The translations under genes and the position numbers were made by a program. A DNA stretch of 64,000 nucleotides. Origin: Marsupella aquatica (Eukaryota > Plantae > Marchantiophyta). Shown piece after piece: positions 1 through 13,230 of this stretch (position 1 is its first letter; each line of letters begins with the position of its first letter). The stretch is from contig OZ316893.1 in NCBI GenBank assembly GCA_973895155.1, forward strand, positions 15,034,645 to 15,098,644. Reading direction: 5' to 3'. A model generated the notes under the pieces. It searched no databases. It was not told where the DNA came from and saw only the letters and a program-made list of their open reading frames with translations.

Positions 1-780
1 AGTTTCCACCTTCTTTGTAGGCTGAGGTGGTTGTACAGCAGCAATTTTGAAATGGTTTGAACTTCCAGTGGGTTGTTTTTAGGACTCGAGGTATCCTACT
101 CATTCCTGGACGGAAGTGAGTAATGCCTGTGATGGTTGGACTGTTATGGCTGCCGTGGTTTTCATGGTATTCCTGTGTCTAAATCAGGACTCTAGGTGCT
201 AATCCCTTCATAGCTTTTTACTTGCTCCTACTATACGTCCTAGTGGCACACCGTATAACCAACACTTCATTATAAAAGACTCTAGAAGTCTCGGTGATCA
301 AAGTGATAGGCTAATGTCATCAAGCTTGATACTGGTGGTTGTTCAAAGCAAGGCAACTAGTGGGCATTTTTGTTCATTGCGGAGGTGCACATTGAACTCT
401 TTAGAGACTAGCAGTCAAACGAGGAGCAAACACCCCGAATCAGACAATTCTTAGATTTGGTAGAACGTAATGGAAGGAAAAACATAATTCACGTGATAAG
501 CAGATAGCAAAGGATCATTTTCAGGATCCCACTATAGTGGCCACGCTCGTTGCCTAATACAATCTGAGTTCAAGATTTAAGGTTCAATCGTGTAATGTAA
601 TCTTATTTATAGAGCGGGAAGCTAAAGTTGAGATCTAGAAGCAGCTAGACCGAGACTCTAGGGCCCTACCAAAATTTATGTTCATGGAAAAATTTATGTG
701 CATGGAAACAATTAGTTCAATTATCCTTTGGTTATGTAAGTTTATTTTATTGAACTATTTAGAGTCATGAAAATTTGTAC

Positions 781-935
781 ATTCAAATAAATAGATGAGA
801 GTACAAAGATTAAATGAAAGAATCTAAATGAATTAATTTTGAGGATAGACAATTCCATTCAAATAAATAGATGAGAGTACAAAGATTAAATGAAAGAATC
901 TAAATGAATTAATTTTGAGGATAGACAATTCCATT
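781..935. repeat. Perfect 76-bp tandem duplication, followed by an imperfect ~230-260-bp duplication (about 920-1395)
   Basis: attcaaataaatagatgagagtacaaagat...gacaattcc starts at 781 and again at 857. The motif tctccatgcaaaa..tttctcttaata recurs three times further on. Confidence 0.9.
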
Positions 936-1398
936 GAAGGCAACAAATATGACTACATTCATGATAATAGGAAGAGTAAATCTCCATGCAAAAAGTTTCT
1001 CTTAATATTTGTGTGTATACAATATATAGTAAATCTCCATGCAAAAAATTTCTCTTAATATCTTTGTGTGTATACAACATATGTAACATTAAGCAAAATA
1101 TTATCTTGTACATAGTAGTTACAAGGTATTAGAGTCCCCTGTATTACTCTACCCATGGTAATTATTCCTCTGCCCATAGTAGTTAATTTTGAGTATATTT
1201 AACTCAATTTCATTGAAGACAAATATGAGTACATTCATGCTAATATGGAGTCTCCATGCAAAAAGTTTCTCTTAATATCTTTGTGTGTATACAATAACTC
1301 TAACATGACATATAGTTTAGGTAAAATATTACTTTGTACATAATAATTACAAGGTATGAGAGTCCTCTGTATTTCTCTACCCATATTAGTTATGGTAT

Positions 1399-3697
1399 TT
1401 AAAAAAACACACAGGGAAAGCCCATCTCAACCCAATCTTTGCATTCACAGTGCCTTGATTTCACATCTAGGGCCCATTGTCCTTGGGAATCACACATCAA
1501 TGCAGTCGTGGCTGATGATGGACGCTCATCCACCCCCCCGGCTTTTGTGTATAATGTATTCAACATCCATGTTGCATGTTGAGTCAACCTATTCTCACCT
1601 GCAGGCCAAGCTATAATATATGCACATATGCATAAATTAATTTCATTGCTCACAAGTCTGCGGTCATGCAAGAATAAAATGTAAGTATTGAAAAGTTAAA
1701 AATCTTACTTGCTGCATCGATTGCTCTGTTGTAATGCTTGGTCATTGTGTAGTCCCACAGTTCCTTGCAGATTAGCAATGCAGGCAACTTGCGAATAGGT
1801 TTAATTACTCCATTCAAAATCTCCACTACATTTGAGGTAGTATGACCCCACCTACATACCAACATGAAGAATCATCAAAAACCCATAACCCTGAACATGG
1901 TACAGTTTATAGGAAGCTGGAAATTGTGTTGGTGCTTTACCTTGGTACTGGAAAGGCATGACGTGAGTATAGCTTTGGGTCAATGGCTTGAATATATCTA
2001 ATTCCAGCTTCCTGACGGTCATTCAGTGGCTGGTACTCGTCCAACATGCGATCAAATTCAGATTTGCGAACCTGACGGGCCAACTGACCAGTCCAAAGAC
2101 ATATGAGTGATAAAGAATTTTACCAAGTCATAACAAGTTCATTTAGGGCAGGCAAAAGGTCACTGAGCATGAAAATTCAAAATGGGATCACATACCTTAA
2201 GAAACCAGTCACCAAGTGCTTTGTCTGAGTTGGATACAACATTTGCCTTAATATGCCGTGTGCAAAATGAGTGATGAATGTCACCCCAGATGGTCTGAAC
2301 TGCTGGAATCAAGCCTTTATCACGATCTGAGACAATGACAGTCTCTCTCTCCATCCTCATTCTAGGATAGGATCGATCAAGATGAGCCATGAACCAAATC
2401 CAATTTTCCTTGTTCTCGACCCCAACAATAGCCCATGCTAATAGCAGAATGTGATTGTTACAGTCAAAGGTTGTAGCCAACAATATAATCATTGGGAATT
2501 CACCTCCTGTTGCAAGGGAGAGAGATTAGTGATGCAGCGCAGACCTGCTTGCAGTTTGAATTGAATACAAATAAATTGAACGATATGGTATGAAATTTAT
2601 GAAACTCTCTAGCTGCCGTTACCTGTGTGTGTAGCATCCATCCCAACAAAAGGTCGAACATGGATGAAGGCATTTTGTGACGATGCTGGTGCCATAAAAA
2701 TTCTGCGAAATTGATTGTCAGTTTCATATGTTTCATACAATACATGTGATCCAGGGTCTGTATGTTTCAGTTTAGCCACGTATGCTGGAATCATCTGGAA
2801 GGATGTGCCATGATCACCACCTAGCTTTTGGATCACTTTCCGCCGTGCTCGTTGTGCAGTCCATACCGTAGTATCAGCAGAATGGATATCACGAATGTGC
2901 CCTCTCAAGTCTTTATTGGACGTGTTTGGGTTAACACGGATGTTCGACTGTACCTTTTCCTCTACCCATCGTCTCTTATGAGCACCATGTCTCCACTTGT
3001 GACTCGATTGTGAACAGGTGTGGATAAGGTAACTTTTCTGTATGCAAATTCTGCCACTTTCTTTCATGTGCCTGACATAAAGTTCAGCTTTGCAGGAGTG
3101 TGGATCATTCACATCAAACCCTCTGCACTTACCCATGAATCTGGTTTTATTCCTAGCAAACCTGGTGAAACTCCATCCTGCTTTGGCTTCATATTCATCT
3201 AATGCTTTATTAAATTCATTCCAAGTAACATACTGTTGCCCTTTGAGAAGTTTCAGTTCAAGCTCAGATGGTTGATGATTGTTCACAAATCCTGCATGAC
3301 AATTACCAGTGATAGTTAAACACGAGAACTGTTCACTGAGCATGAAAATCTTGAGAATTCTATGAATTGGGGGTACATAGAGCATACCTGATTCTGCTGG
3401 ACATAACTGAGAGTGAAAGTCATCTTGGACAAGCTCACTAATATCAATATGTGGATTTTTCTCTGGGTTATCTCTCAATTCTGTATGTCCTTCAGAACAT
3501 GATTCAGAACCCACGGTCCATAAGGTACAGTCATTGCCATCAAATGTGGGCTGTGATTCTTCTTCACAGTTGTTGCTGGAATACTCTGAATCACTGGTGT
3601 GATAGGATTCAGATTCGTGTGAATCTAACCAACATCCAGAACCAGAGATATCTTGAGGGTCCATGGTGTATGTGCCCAGCTTTAACGTCCTGTGCAT
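1399..3697 (-). mobile_element. Mutator-like (MULE/MuDR) transposase gene, spliced; element probably extends to ~4700 and beyond the left edge
   Basis: Domains occur in order on the minus strand: MuDR N-terminal region (LKGQQYVTWNEFNKAL...CRG...CKAELYV...HTC), first catalytic D (FVGMDATH), then LLATTFDCNNHILLLAWAIVGVENKENWIWF, second D (IVSDRDKGL), CxxH (FCTRH), E motif (TTSNVVEILNG) and SWIM finger (CECKDWVEMGFPC). Segments are separated by GT-AG introns. The terminal His of the SWIM finger is not visible. Confidence 0.9.
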
Positions 3698-4079
3698 TAT
3701 TTAGACTAGTTACATTTGTGGTAATTTGAACATGTCGGACATCCTGTGACTTTTAAAGTCCATAACAGGTTTAAGTTTTGCATTCAAATGTATGTAAGCG
3801 CCCATATCATGACTAGGTTGCAGCGAACACAAGCACTGATTTCAGCAACAAATTAAACATGCATACATACAATAACAGTCTAAGTCTCCACCTGATGTCC
3901 GGAATTACTTAATCCAGGAGTCGAAGTCAATGCAATCTACTAAGTGATGTTTGCAGCACATCCGGCCAGCCAACCCTTCAGATTTCGCTGCATTGCCAGC
4001 ACCCTGTTTTGCAGGATAGCTTGAATCGCAGCGCAGCAAAAGCTAACCTGAACCATGGCATTGACCCTACGCCCAGCCA

Positions 4080-4404
4080 GCCCCCCGATTTTCAGCACAG
4101 CGCAGCACAGCTAGCAAGCCTAGCCTCAATTGCAGCAGCCAGCCCTCCAAATCGCAGCGCAGCCAGCCCTCCAGACCGCAGCACAGCCAGCCCTCCTGAT
4201 CGCAGCGCAGCCAGCCCTCCAAATCGCAGCGCAGCCAGCCCCCCACATAGCAGCGCAGCAGCCCCCGTTTTGCACTCAATCCGGGACTGAATCGATTGCC
4301 CAGCCCCCGACCCTAAGCGCAGCCAGCATACGATTCGTTTTGCACTCAATCCGGGACTGAATCGATTGCCCAGCCCCGACCCTAAGCGCAGCCAGCATAC
4401 GATT
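4080..4404. repeat. GC-rich minisatellite (24-bp unit, ~5 copies) plus a ~70-bp unit x2, upstream of the MULE transposase
   Basis: gcagccagccctcc(a/t)(a/g)a(t/c)cgcagc repeats. cgttttgcactcaatccgggactgaatcgattgcccagcccc occurs at 4266 and 4336. Confidence 0.85.
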
Positions 4405-7400
4405 TAGGACACTAAGCTGCATCACATTCTTTTTGTGTAAGTAACATTCAATCTCGACGATGCCCCTGCCAAGCTGAAGACGGGAAGCATTCGTTTTGCT
4501 TCTCGTAGCAGAATCAGGGTTGCAGGAAGGATGGAAAAACAGTTCAAGCACTAAACTTACGTTAAGTCCTCCGTTAATGAGAGTGTGACCGGGAATACAT
4601 TTTAAGTGTCAATCCGTCTTGTTGTGACAGTGTAATTCCAGTGTGTCCATCCCGGTCGTGTATGAAAACGTCTGTGTCCATGGGGGCTTTAAGTTCGGCA
4701 TTGAGGCTTGACACACATATTCCAATATGCCACAAAAATACTTGGGCTCAAAGTAAACCATGTTATCATGACAAATGCAAAGTTGCATGTATTATCTTCA
4801 ATTGATCTCATAAGGAGGATGCTATGTAAGCCACTCCATAAGCTCTAAAGCTCTCCTATCAGACCCCTATTTAAACCTTGTATTAGTCCTCCAACCTTAA
4901 CATCCATGTGTTGTAAGTTTATTGAGGGCGAGATATGGAGGGTGAGGCATGGAAGGAGAGGGTGAGGCATAGATGAAGAGAGTGCACCAGAGGGAGATGT
5001 TTTTGGCTGATCAAATAGCAAGAAAAATATATAATTTTCTTGCAACCAGCTAGGATACCTCCCCAGAGTGAAGAGAATGGGCCGGACTGGAAAATATAGC
5101 ATGTAAATTTAAGAGGGGGTGGGACTCTATATTATAGTTTGTAAATTTAAAGGGTCTAAGAACCCTTTCATGCAAAAGTTGTGAAATTTTCACGAAAAAG
5201 TAAGTGAGCTCCAAAGTACTTTAACCAAACATTAGCGAGACAACTTCGAAAATTTCAATTCAAAAAAAATTGTAATGGACGCCATGAAAGTACAGCTTCT
5301 AAAGGACGCCATGAAAGTGCTGCCAAGCCGACACATCACAGGATTCGAAAGTGGCAAACCACGATCTCATGGCCAATAGATGGCACCTGGGGATCTGGTG
5401 TAGACTACTACTGGACATTCAGCAAATATGAGTTGTAGGGAAGTCACATTAACGAGGACTAGGAGCAAATGACCTATGAATGTCGAAAACCAAAAATGCA
5501 ATACGGAAGTCCGAGGCTCATCTGGTTAATCGCCAGGACAATATTCAATTCCGTCCCTCGATCTGGTCATGTGCCGCAACATCGAATGCATGTCTGTGGC
5601 ACTCACTGGAGTCGAGACATTTCCAGGGGCAGAGAGAAGAAGTACAACATCATGCACGAGATCATTTTATGGCATGATGGACAGCTTTGGTAGACTATTA
5701 ATGAGCAAGCCTCTAGGGAAACGTTTCCCGGATTACCATGTTCTATGTGCTCAGTCCCCTTCCGAGTCGGCGATTGGCGCAGTAGAAATAAGCTCTTGCT
5801 CTACAGTATGACAGGAAGAGAATGATTAAGGCACTGCGGAGACTTCAACGTGTGTAGGAAATGGGCAGGTAAAGATGACGATTGGTGGAATGAACCCGGA
5901 ATGAATGTGTTGTGAGAAACGGGTGGGGGCCTTAAATGCCAACTACATTGGTCGTTGAGAGCCTGCAGCTTCATCAGTGTCAGCAACTTCACCCAATCAC
6001 CTGTCTGGCGCGACAGTCGTAGTTCGTAAGCGTGTGGACTTCAATCAGGTGAAGTACAAATCACGGTACTGTTCATACAGACATTTCCCAATGCTCCCAG
6101 GGTAGCGTTGGAAGTTGGGGCATAATTCCACTCCAATGGGTGAGTTCTGATTACACTTGAGCATACTCTAACGAGAAGAAAACTGGTCCTTTCCTAAAAA
6201 GTATGAAATATACTGGCTCCAGTTTGAGTTGTCCTTCGTAAAATTATTTGTTTGAAGTCTGACGTCCCGGAACATACCCTGTCGAGTGTCGACTGCTGAG
6301 GTCGACTAGGGTTGTGTTAAGAGTATTGAACACTCCGGCCGGTATTCTAATCGCAGTCACTGTCAGTAATTTGGCAGGCCAATCTCTCGAAGGAATTATG
6401 AAGGCTGTCGTCTAGTCCTGTTTCATTTCAAAATTACCTCTACCATGCCACTCACGGCCCGCAGTAATCAATTTTGGGCAGGGCTCCCTAGGGCCGCTCG
6501 CTTGAGGAATCCTCACCGATTCAAATAAATCAGTGATGTCAGTCCTACTCATAGCTTCTTGTAACTCCGATGAACACACCTCTCGTTCAGTCGTTCTACC
6601 TCGACCTAGAAACTTCGTCTGCTTTACCTCGACTGCTCTTCTTCCACCATCTGATGTATGTCACGTTCAAAGTTCAATATTGGTTTTGAACTACTGATCT
6701 TTAGTCAGAGTCATTTACCAATATACGGTTGGTGCTTTAATTCACGCGTATATAGCCACCAACTGCCGCCAAGCCCCGAGATACTCCTCGGCTCCTCGCA
6801 GGAAAATGGCATGCTTCCCGCCGGGGACAATTAGCCATGATTTTGATCCCGTACAAAGGAACACTATGTCGTACCGGCACGTTGACGAACGCAACGCGGC
6901 TAGAGAGGCCCTGCCGCCCTGCCTTGTCCTGTACAAGCGATATGCCCTTGTATAGCTTGAAATATGGTGATACTGCGTACTTTACACTGGTCTAATCTCT
7001 AAACGTCTAAACACCATCGAAGAAAGTGTGATGGGCAACTTACTGACAATGGATTGCCCGGGGGTAAAATAACCTGTGTAACATCAACATTGCAGATCAT
7101 ATGTCGTGGACGCCTGCCTTCCCGCTGTCAATTCCGGTATCGCGTTCATACCGGTTCGGTCCACATGGGTTGATCTCAGGCGACTGGCACTTCAGTGCCT
7201 GAGGCCGGTGGTGTGGTCCACTCGGCGAAGATGTTCTTGTCACTGACCCACTATAGTATTGAAACTCCGGCATCGCGAGTGTCTTTTGGTGTTGGTGGAC
7301 TGGTTTGATTGCATTCTCTTCCTAGTTCCCACGATGATCTCTGTCCTCGTAGTAAATTGCACTAAGTGATGGTGGCTCTGAACCATTTACAATAAGCGCA

Positions 7401-8033
7401 ACACGTGCATCCTGTTCCATAGACAACTGCGTTGAATGTTTGAGAGATAGCGCCTGATATGGACTTGCGCGCGGAGATGAAATTTTCAAGACGCCCATAT
7501 ATGCGCAGCTTTCTGCTCCCGTTTTCCCCACCAACGGTAGTTTGGTGCCTGTGTCTTCTTCATACGTTTCGGAAGCCATTGCACTGTCGTTCTGCCTTGA
7601 CACGAAGGAAAGTTTTACAGTACGAAACTTACGGAACTCGGATTGTCGAGTTCGGACGCCAAATACATGATTCAGATTCCCAATTTTGTTCGTAGTCCGG
7701 GCCGATCAGCAGCTCGATATCACCAACGTGCAGCGAGTGGAGGCTGATTTCACTGCCCATGCACACGCTCCTAGAATGTGCGAGGACGTACTTGTTTGAG
7801 TCTTACACCCGATGACAGGCGTTGGGACTGCAATGCGAAGAAGTTTCAAATAGTCTCGGGGGTATCAACGCTCCAAGTTGAAAGAGTACCGTAGTGCCTC
7901 TCGAATGTGAATTTTGTGTCAAGCAGTGGCAAGAGGTTCGTCATAAGTCGCATAGTGAGTGCTATATGTCTAACAGCGCAGGAATTCTTCTAAGGCAGGG
8001 CAATTGATCTTACTGAGTTGTGTAATCGACAAG

Positions 8034-8582
8034 ATGGCGAGGAAGAAGTTCTTTCCAACGTCATCGAGCCGCATGCCGTCCGAGATAAGCTTGGTTTATC
8101 AAAGTGTGGCGGAAAGCACGCTAGGCCCTGGACTATCGGCCTCGGCTCGGGGACAGTGCGAGCGAGAAGGAAATGACTGCGCCAGTAGCAGTAGCAGCAC
8201 TTCTGCCATCGCCGGAAACATAAGGGGAGCCACTGGTCAGAAGACCTTGAAGCTAGGTGGGAACGGAGACGGGAACTCGAAGCTAGGCGGGAACTCAACA
8301 GGAAAGACTACACGAACCCGTGTGAGGCTCATTTATCTCCTAAGAGCTCCGTCGAACTTCATCTGCAAGGTGAAAGAGCAGTACGCGCAGTGGAAAGATG
8401 GTGCTCGCAGCGCAAACATCAGGGTCAGCGACCTTTTCGTTGCCAACCAGATATTTATAAATATGCAAACCACACCCGCTAGCAATCGACGAAAACAGCA
8501 GGGATTAAACCCATCGGTCGGGTTCGTCACTAGAGTTGAAGCGCCTTCGGCAGGTGGTCACAGAGAGATGCGGGAGCGATAA
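8034..8582 (+). CDS. Possible plant uncharacterised protein (UCP031279-like), may be degenerate
   Basis: ATG-initiated 182-aa ORF. LIYLLRAPSNFICKVKEQYAQW resembles the recalled family motif (I..P.R.L.KARD.YV). The similarity is short. Confidence 0.3.
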   Translation: MARKKFFPTSSSRMPSEISLVYQSVAESTLGPGLSASARGQCEREGNDCASSSSSTSAIAGNIRGATGQKTLKLGGNGDGNSKLGGNSTGKTTRTRVRLIYLLRAPSNFICKVKEQYAQWKDGARSANIRVSDLFVANQIFINMQTTPASNRRKQQGLNPSVGFVTRVEAPSAGGHREMRER

Positions 8583-11500
8583 TTCGAGCTCCGACACACT
8601 TTCGAAATTCCATCAAGTCCAGAGCATTGGAGTTACGGCTTGGCTCGTAATGTCCCAGGTGCTATTTCCGGGAGAGATAACGCAAGCTCCGACGCTCTCA
8701 TTTTTAAAGCGGTCCAGGGGTAATAGAAACTGCTTGAGCTCCAATGCTGGCTCGAATCCCTCAGGTCAACGAGGAATCTGTGGTCCGACGTTGGCACCAA
8801 GCTCCGTTCTATTGCAAAGGAATGGAACAGATATTTGGAGAACACAGGTTCGAATAGTACCTGGTCCAACTGTACCTGGTCCAACTGGGAGGCGAGATAG
8901 CCCGAGCTCCGCCGCCGGTTCGAAATACTCATGTCCGTAGATCGACAGGGCTCATTCATAAACATTAGTTCGACGCATTGTCAATTTTCGATTGGCAAGG
9001 TCGTTGGGAAGGTCATGCTCGATTATTTCTTTTCTCGAGGTGGTAGATCCGATAGCTTAGTATGACTGCGTTCGGGGACAAATTCCGCTCGAATTTGTAA
9101 CAACTGTACACGGCGTTCTCTTCACATTGTATATAAATCGTATCACATTCTCTATTTGAAATTCAGGATACGTCATTTCAAAACCTTGGTTACAGTCTAG
9201 TCAGCTCTAGGATTCACTCTTCGAGCCTAATATTATATTTGCACAGGCGGAGAGAGGGCCACAATGGCTATCCCCGTCTCCCAGGAATCTCGTTGCTGTT
9301 AGCTCTTCTGCGATCTGGATCTCTCTGTTGTACGAGGCTGTTAATTGTATCACGTACACTGATGAATGATAATTTCTTACAACGGCGTGTGCGTTACAAC
9401 TGCAGATGCGTAGATCGATCTAATGGTTATATGTCGGATTTAAGCTTCGACTGTCCTTTTAGTTCTGTTTACCAAACGCGGGGTAACTAACTGAAAGGAC
9501 GTACAGCTACCCCGCGCTGAACCTGCTGCAGTCGACGTTACGAATATAATTGAACTTGGCGTGCACACAATTTGGATCCGTTTTGTTTTAGATTGACGAT
9601 CCTCGAGATTTGCAAGCAGACACTGGTGTAAGCGAACTGTTTGTCGAGCATCTTCATGGATCGAAACTGAAAGCGACCAGCCTGTTGTAAGCCCCAGTTG
9701 TTGATGGAATTCCGCACCAAAATTAATTTGATAATGCATGGAGTGGAGCTTTTTCCATCCGTGTGGTGGTGTGAACGACTGTCTCGTAGGATGTTGAATC
9801 TTGTCTGCTGCATCGCCCAGTCATAACTCGTTCAAATGTGGCAACTCCAGCTGAGTAGGATTTCAAACTTCTCGCTTGAAGTCTAGACAGTCCCTCTTAC
9901 TATTGATGCACTAAACAAGTTCGTTCCTCGCCCTAGCTAAACAGTCTCTGCTTCCCTTCCTCCTGAAGTCACTTAGAGTCCTTTCTACATTCAATATGTT
10001 GTTAGTCCGTTCCCTGACTTTTCTCAGCCATCCTTTTGTACATTTTGCCGCTTCTCTGTCCAGCACGCTCATCGAATTGATGCAGGATGATAATTCTTTT
10101 CTGTCAAGGAGATCTGTTCATCTGTGGTGATAAGTAAGAACGTGGAGATGCTTCACGTAACTCTTCTCCCTGACTCTTTCCAACCATCCTTCTTGTAATT
10201 TCCTTCTCTTGCCGCATTAAAGCACGCTCACAGCATTCGAGGAGGACACTGATAGCCTTGTCAGTGACAAGGTGTCGATAGAATGTCAAATTTTCTAGAA
10301 ACTGACAAAAATGAATTGGCCAGAAATTCAGTCATGTTAGCCGTATCCCGGTTCCAATTGGAGAGGATAATTTCCGCGTCGCTGAATAAGAGACACCAGA
10401 CGTAAATATTGTTCAACAAGTGAATGAAGTGAGTAGAATGTTTCCACGTCTAGGGGTGAATGTAGGTCGATTTTCGCAGAATGGAGGCCTTCCGGCCAGT
10501 CCAACTCTAATTAGTTCGAGGACCCCAACCTTACGTATTCTGAAGATATTACAACTTTGATTTCATTGAGCATCATGAAGGGACACAGAGAAGTTGAATC
10601 CTGGAATAGTTTCACTCTATTGATGTAAGTACAAAGGATATATAGATTCATTCACATGGCGAAGGAACGAAGAGTCGAAAGCTGTAAGTTGGGGAGTTTT
10701 GGGTCACTCAAAAGCTTGAATAAACGTTGACGTTCTTTGCAGCTAATACAACAGTTAAACATGAAATATTCCTTCTTAATAACATCGTACGTATCAATCA
10801 AGCTAGAAGCCAGACTGAGACTTCTACTGATCGAGTTTTGTTGATTCTGTATTGGAGTAATTCGTACGTCAAAAGCTCATCTCAATGAAGCCTGCAATAG
10901 ACTTTCAAACGGGTGGAGACGAAACTAATCCAGCGTACTTCGCCATATTTTCACTCGACAGTGCAGATTTAGAACAATTGAAGGATCAGAGTAGTCACGA
11001 AGAGGGTGGACTGGAGAGGACTTCTGACGATGGAAATCTGCTACTCCGATTGCCGAAAGACAGTCGCAGAGATCAGTAGGCCAAGTGTGACCGAAAATAT
11101 GCATAACGTGGGGAGCAGTGGCACAGGTAGAGACTGAAATTGGAGTAGCTGTAACAGGAACATACGAATCAGCCCATAGGCTTGCTAACTAAGGACTAAT
11201 CCTGTGAAGTACGTAGTGAGAACTCCAGGGATTTGTAGGACTGAGGCCAAACTCCAACCAATCAGATGTACGACGCTGGAGAACTAGTGGAGACATTAGT
11301 CTTACCCGAAACAAGATTTCCAAAGCTTCTGCATCGATACATTGATTAGACTGAAAGAATTGAACTGGTACATCGGCAATGCATGAGAGTATCAGGCTAA
11401 GGTGCCCACACAAGAGCCGAGCACCCAGAGCGCGAGCTTGATTGGAAATAGTGATAAGTCGATTGGGTAAAGTTAGAATGTGAGCAGCAACTCGATATCG

Positions 11501-12079
11501 CCCTGCTCAGACAGCCTGTACAGCAAAATAGAACAGAAAGGGGATAGAGGGTCCACTCTCTTAAAGACTGAGTAATTGGGAACCAATATACTGTGGTAAC
11601 GTTATCAACAATTGAGAGGGGGATCAAACGGTGATGACAGACAGGAGAGAGTTGAATTTATTCCCTCATATCATGGTAGAAAAAAAGTGTTTATGGGAAG
11701 GTCATTGAATTGAGGCACAGGCTGTTATAAAATCAATTTTATGGACGACACGCACGATATATTCTGTCGGTGTATGATGGATGGGTTCTGAGCATCATTT
11801 ATAGACCTGGAAGTGAGAAAGGGTATTTTGTGTCGAGGGACAGAAGTAGCCATTTTTGGTTTCTGTGAACAGACAAATGCCCCCCCAAAAGGGGTCATTA
11901 TATATATTTGATAGGTAAACCCCTGCATTGCACTATTGTGGCTGTGGCCATGTTGTAGTTGGTGCGACAGTACCCTTGCATGACACAAAAATGGTGGGAG
12001 TGCAACAAATTGCAAGTGAAGATTGTTGTGATTGGTCCACGGGTGCCTCGCTTGACCTATAAAAACACTACAAAAACAA

Positions 12080-13230
12080 CTGCTTTTAAGAAAGGCTAGG
12101 ATGAGACAGGTGAGATAGGAGGTGGCCCAGGCAGGAAGACAGGTGAAATCAGAAGGGTTGATCTTACACTACCGAAAATTTGCTTTTTATGAAGGCCAGG
12201 ATGAGACAGGTAAGATGGGAGTTGTGTATGGGTCCAAGCCAAACTATTTATTTTTATAAAGGGCCACTAGTGTTTGTGAACTGTCAGGATTGGTTCCCGC
12301 CTTTTTCTCACTTGCCAAACAAGATCACACCTTTTTGGTGGGGTGGTTTGATTTGATTATATGTAGGTGAGATAGGAAGAATGTATGGGTGGAAGTGGCA
12401 TTCCCCAGAATTTTGCTTGGAAAGGCCATTTTTTGTTATGAAGGGCCAGGGTCAAGTGAGATAGGAAGGGTAGGGAGTATGGGTGGATCGGACTATGACA
12501 AAAAACAATATTTTTAATGAAAAGCTATTGTTTTCTATGAAGGGTGCCAGAAAATTATTTTTTTGATAAAAGGACATATATGAGGGGGGTATGGCTGGAT
12601 CTGATGCTATCAAAATATTTGTTTTTTATGAAGGCCCAAGGCTGACTCCAGTCTTTTTCATACTAAAACTTGCGAACATAAATTAATTTCAAGGGCTAGG
12701 GTCTAGAGTGAAACCACTGGACCTTAACTCCAAATATGAACAAAATTGAACTAAAAAATAAAGACAAAATTGGATAAATAAGGGCAAAGTGAGGGTGAAC
12801 ATGGAACAGGGATAGGGCAACTATATACTAGAGATAGCACAGACTTTTTTTTGTAAGTTTTATTTTTGGGTCTTCATCCCTATTTACAAGGAAGGGGTAA
12901 TCAGGCTAGTCTTACTCATATTTGAGGAATAATCACATTACTTTTAGGGCCTGTGGTTTAGGGTAACTCTCAGTACATACAAAAGTGATAATGAGGACTC
13001 AATAAGGACAAAATTCGAATGAGGGTGGACACAAAATAAGGACGGGGCCATGAGGACAAAAAATGAGGATGGACAAAAAACAAAGATAGGGCTAAAATGA
13101 ACTGAAATATCATTTTTTTGTGGAGTATGTTTTGGTTCATATCTATATAACTTCAAGGAATGGGTAATGGGGCTAGTTTGACAAACAGACTATCACACCT
13201 TTGTGACTAGATTGTTTGATTTGATAATGT
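12080..13230. repeat. Degenerate TE relic with imperfect internal repeats
   Basis: The motif tttt(t)atgaagg(g)cca.. and the motif gtgagatagga recur between 12085 and 12640. atcacacctt...gtttgatttgat occurs at ~12323 and ~13192. Confidence 0.5.

Noticed and set aside
4080-4404. CRISPR-like periodicity
   Set aside because: Head-to-tail repeats with no unique spacers, in a eukaryotic context with no cas genes.
4009-4551. Several overlapping ORFs with AASPP/GGLAAL repeats
   Set aside because: They are translation artefacts of the 24-bp minisatellite.
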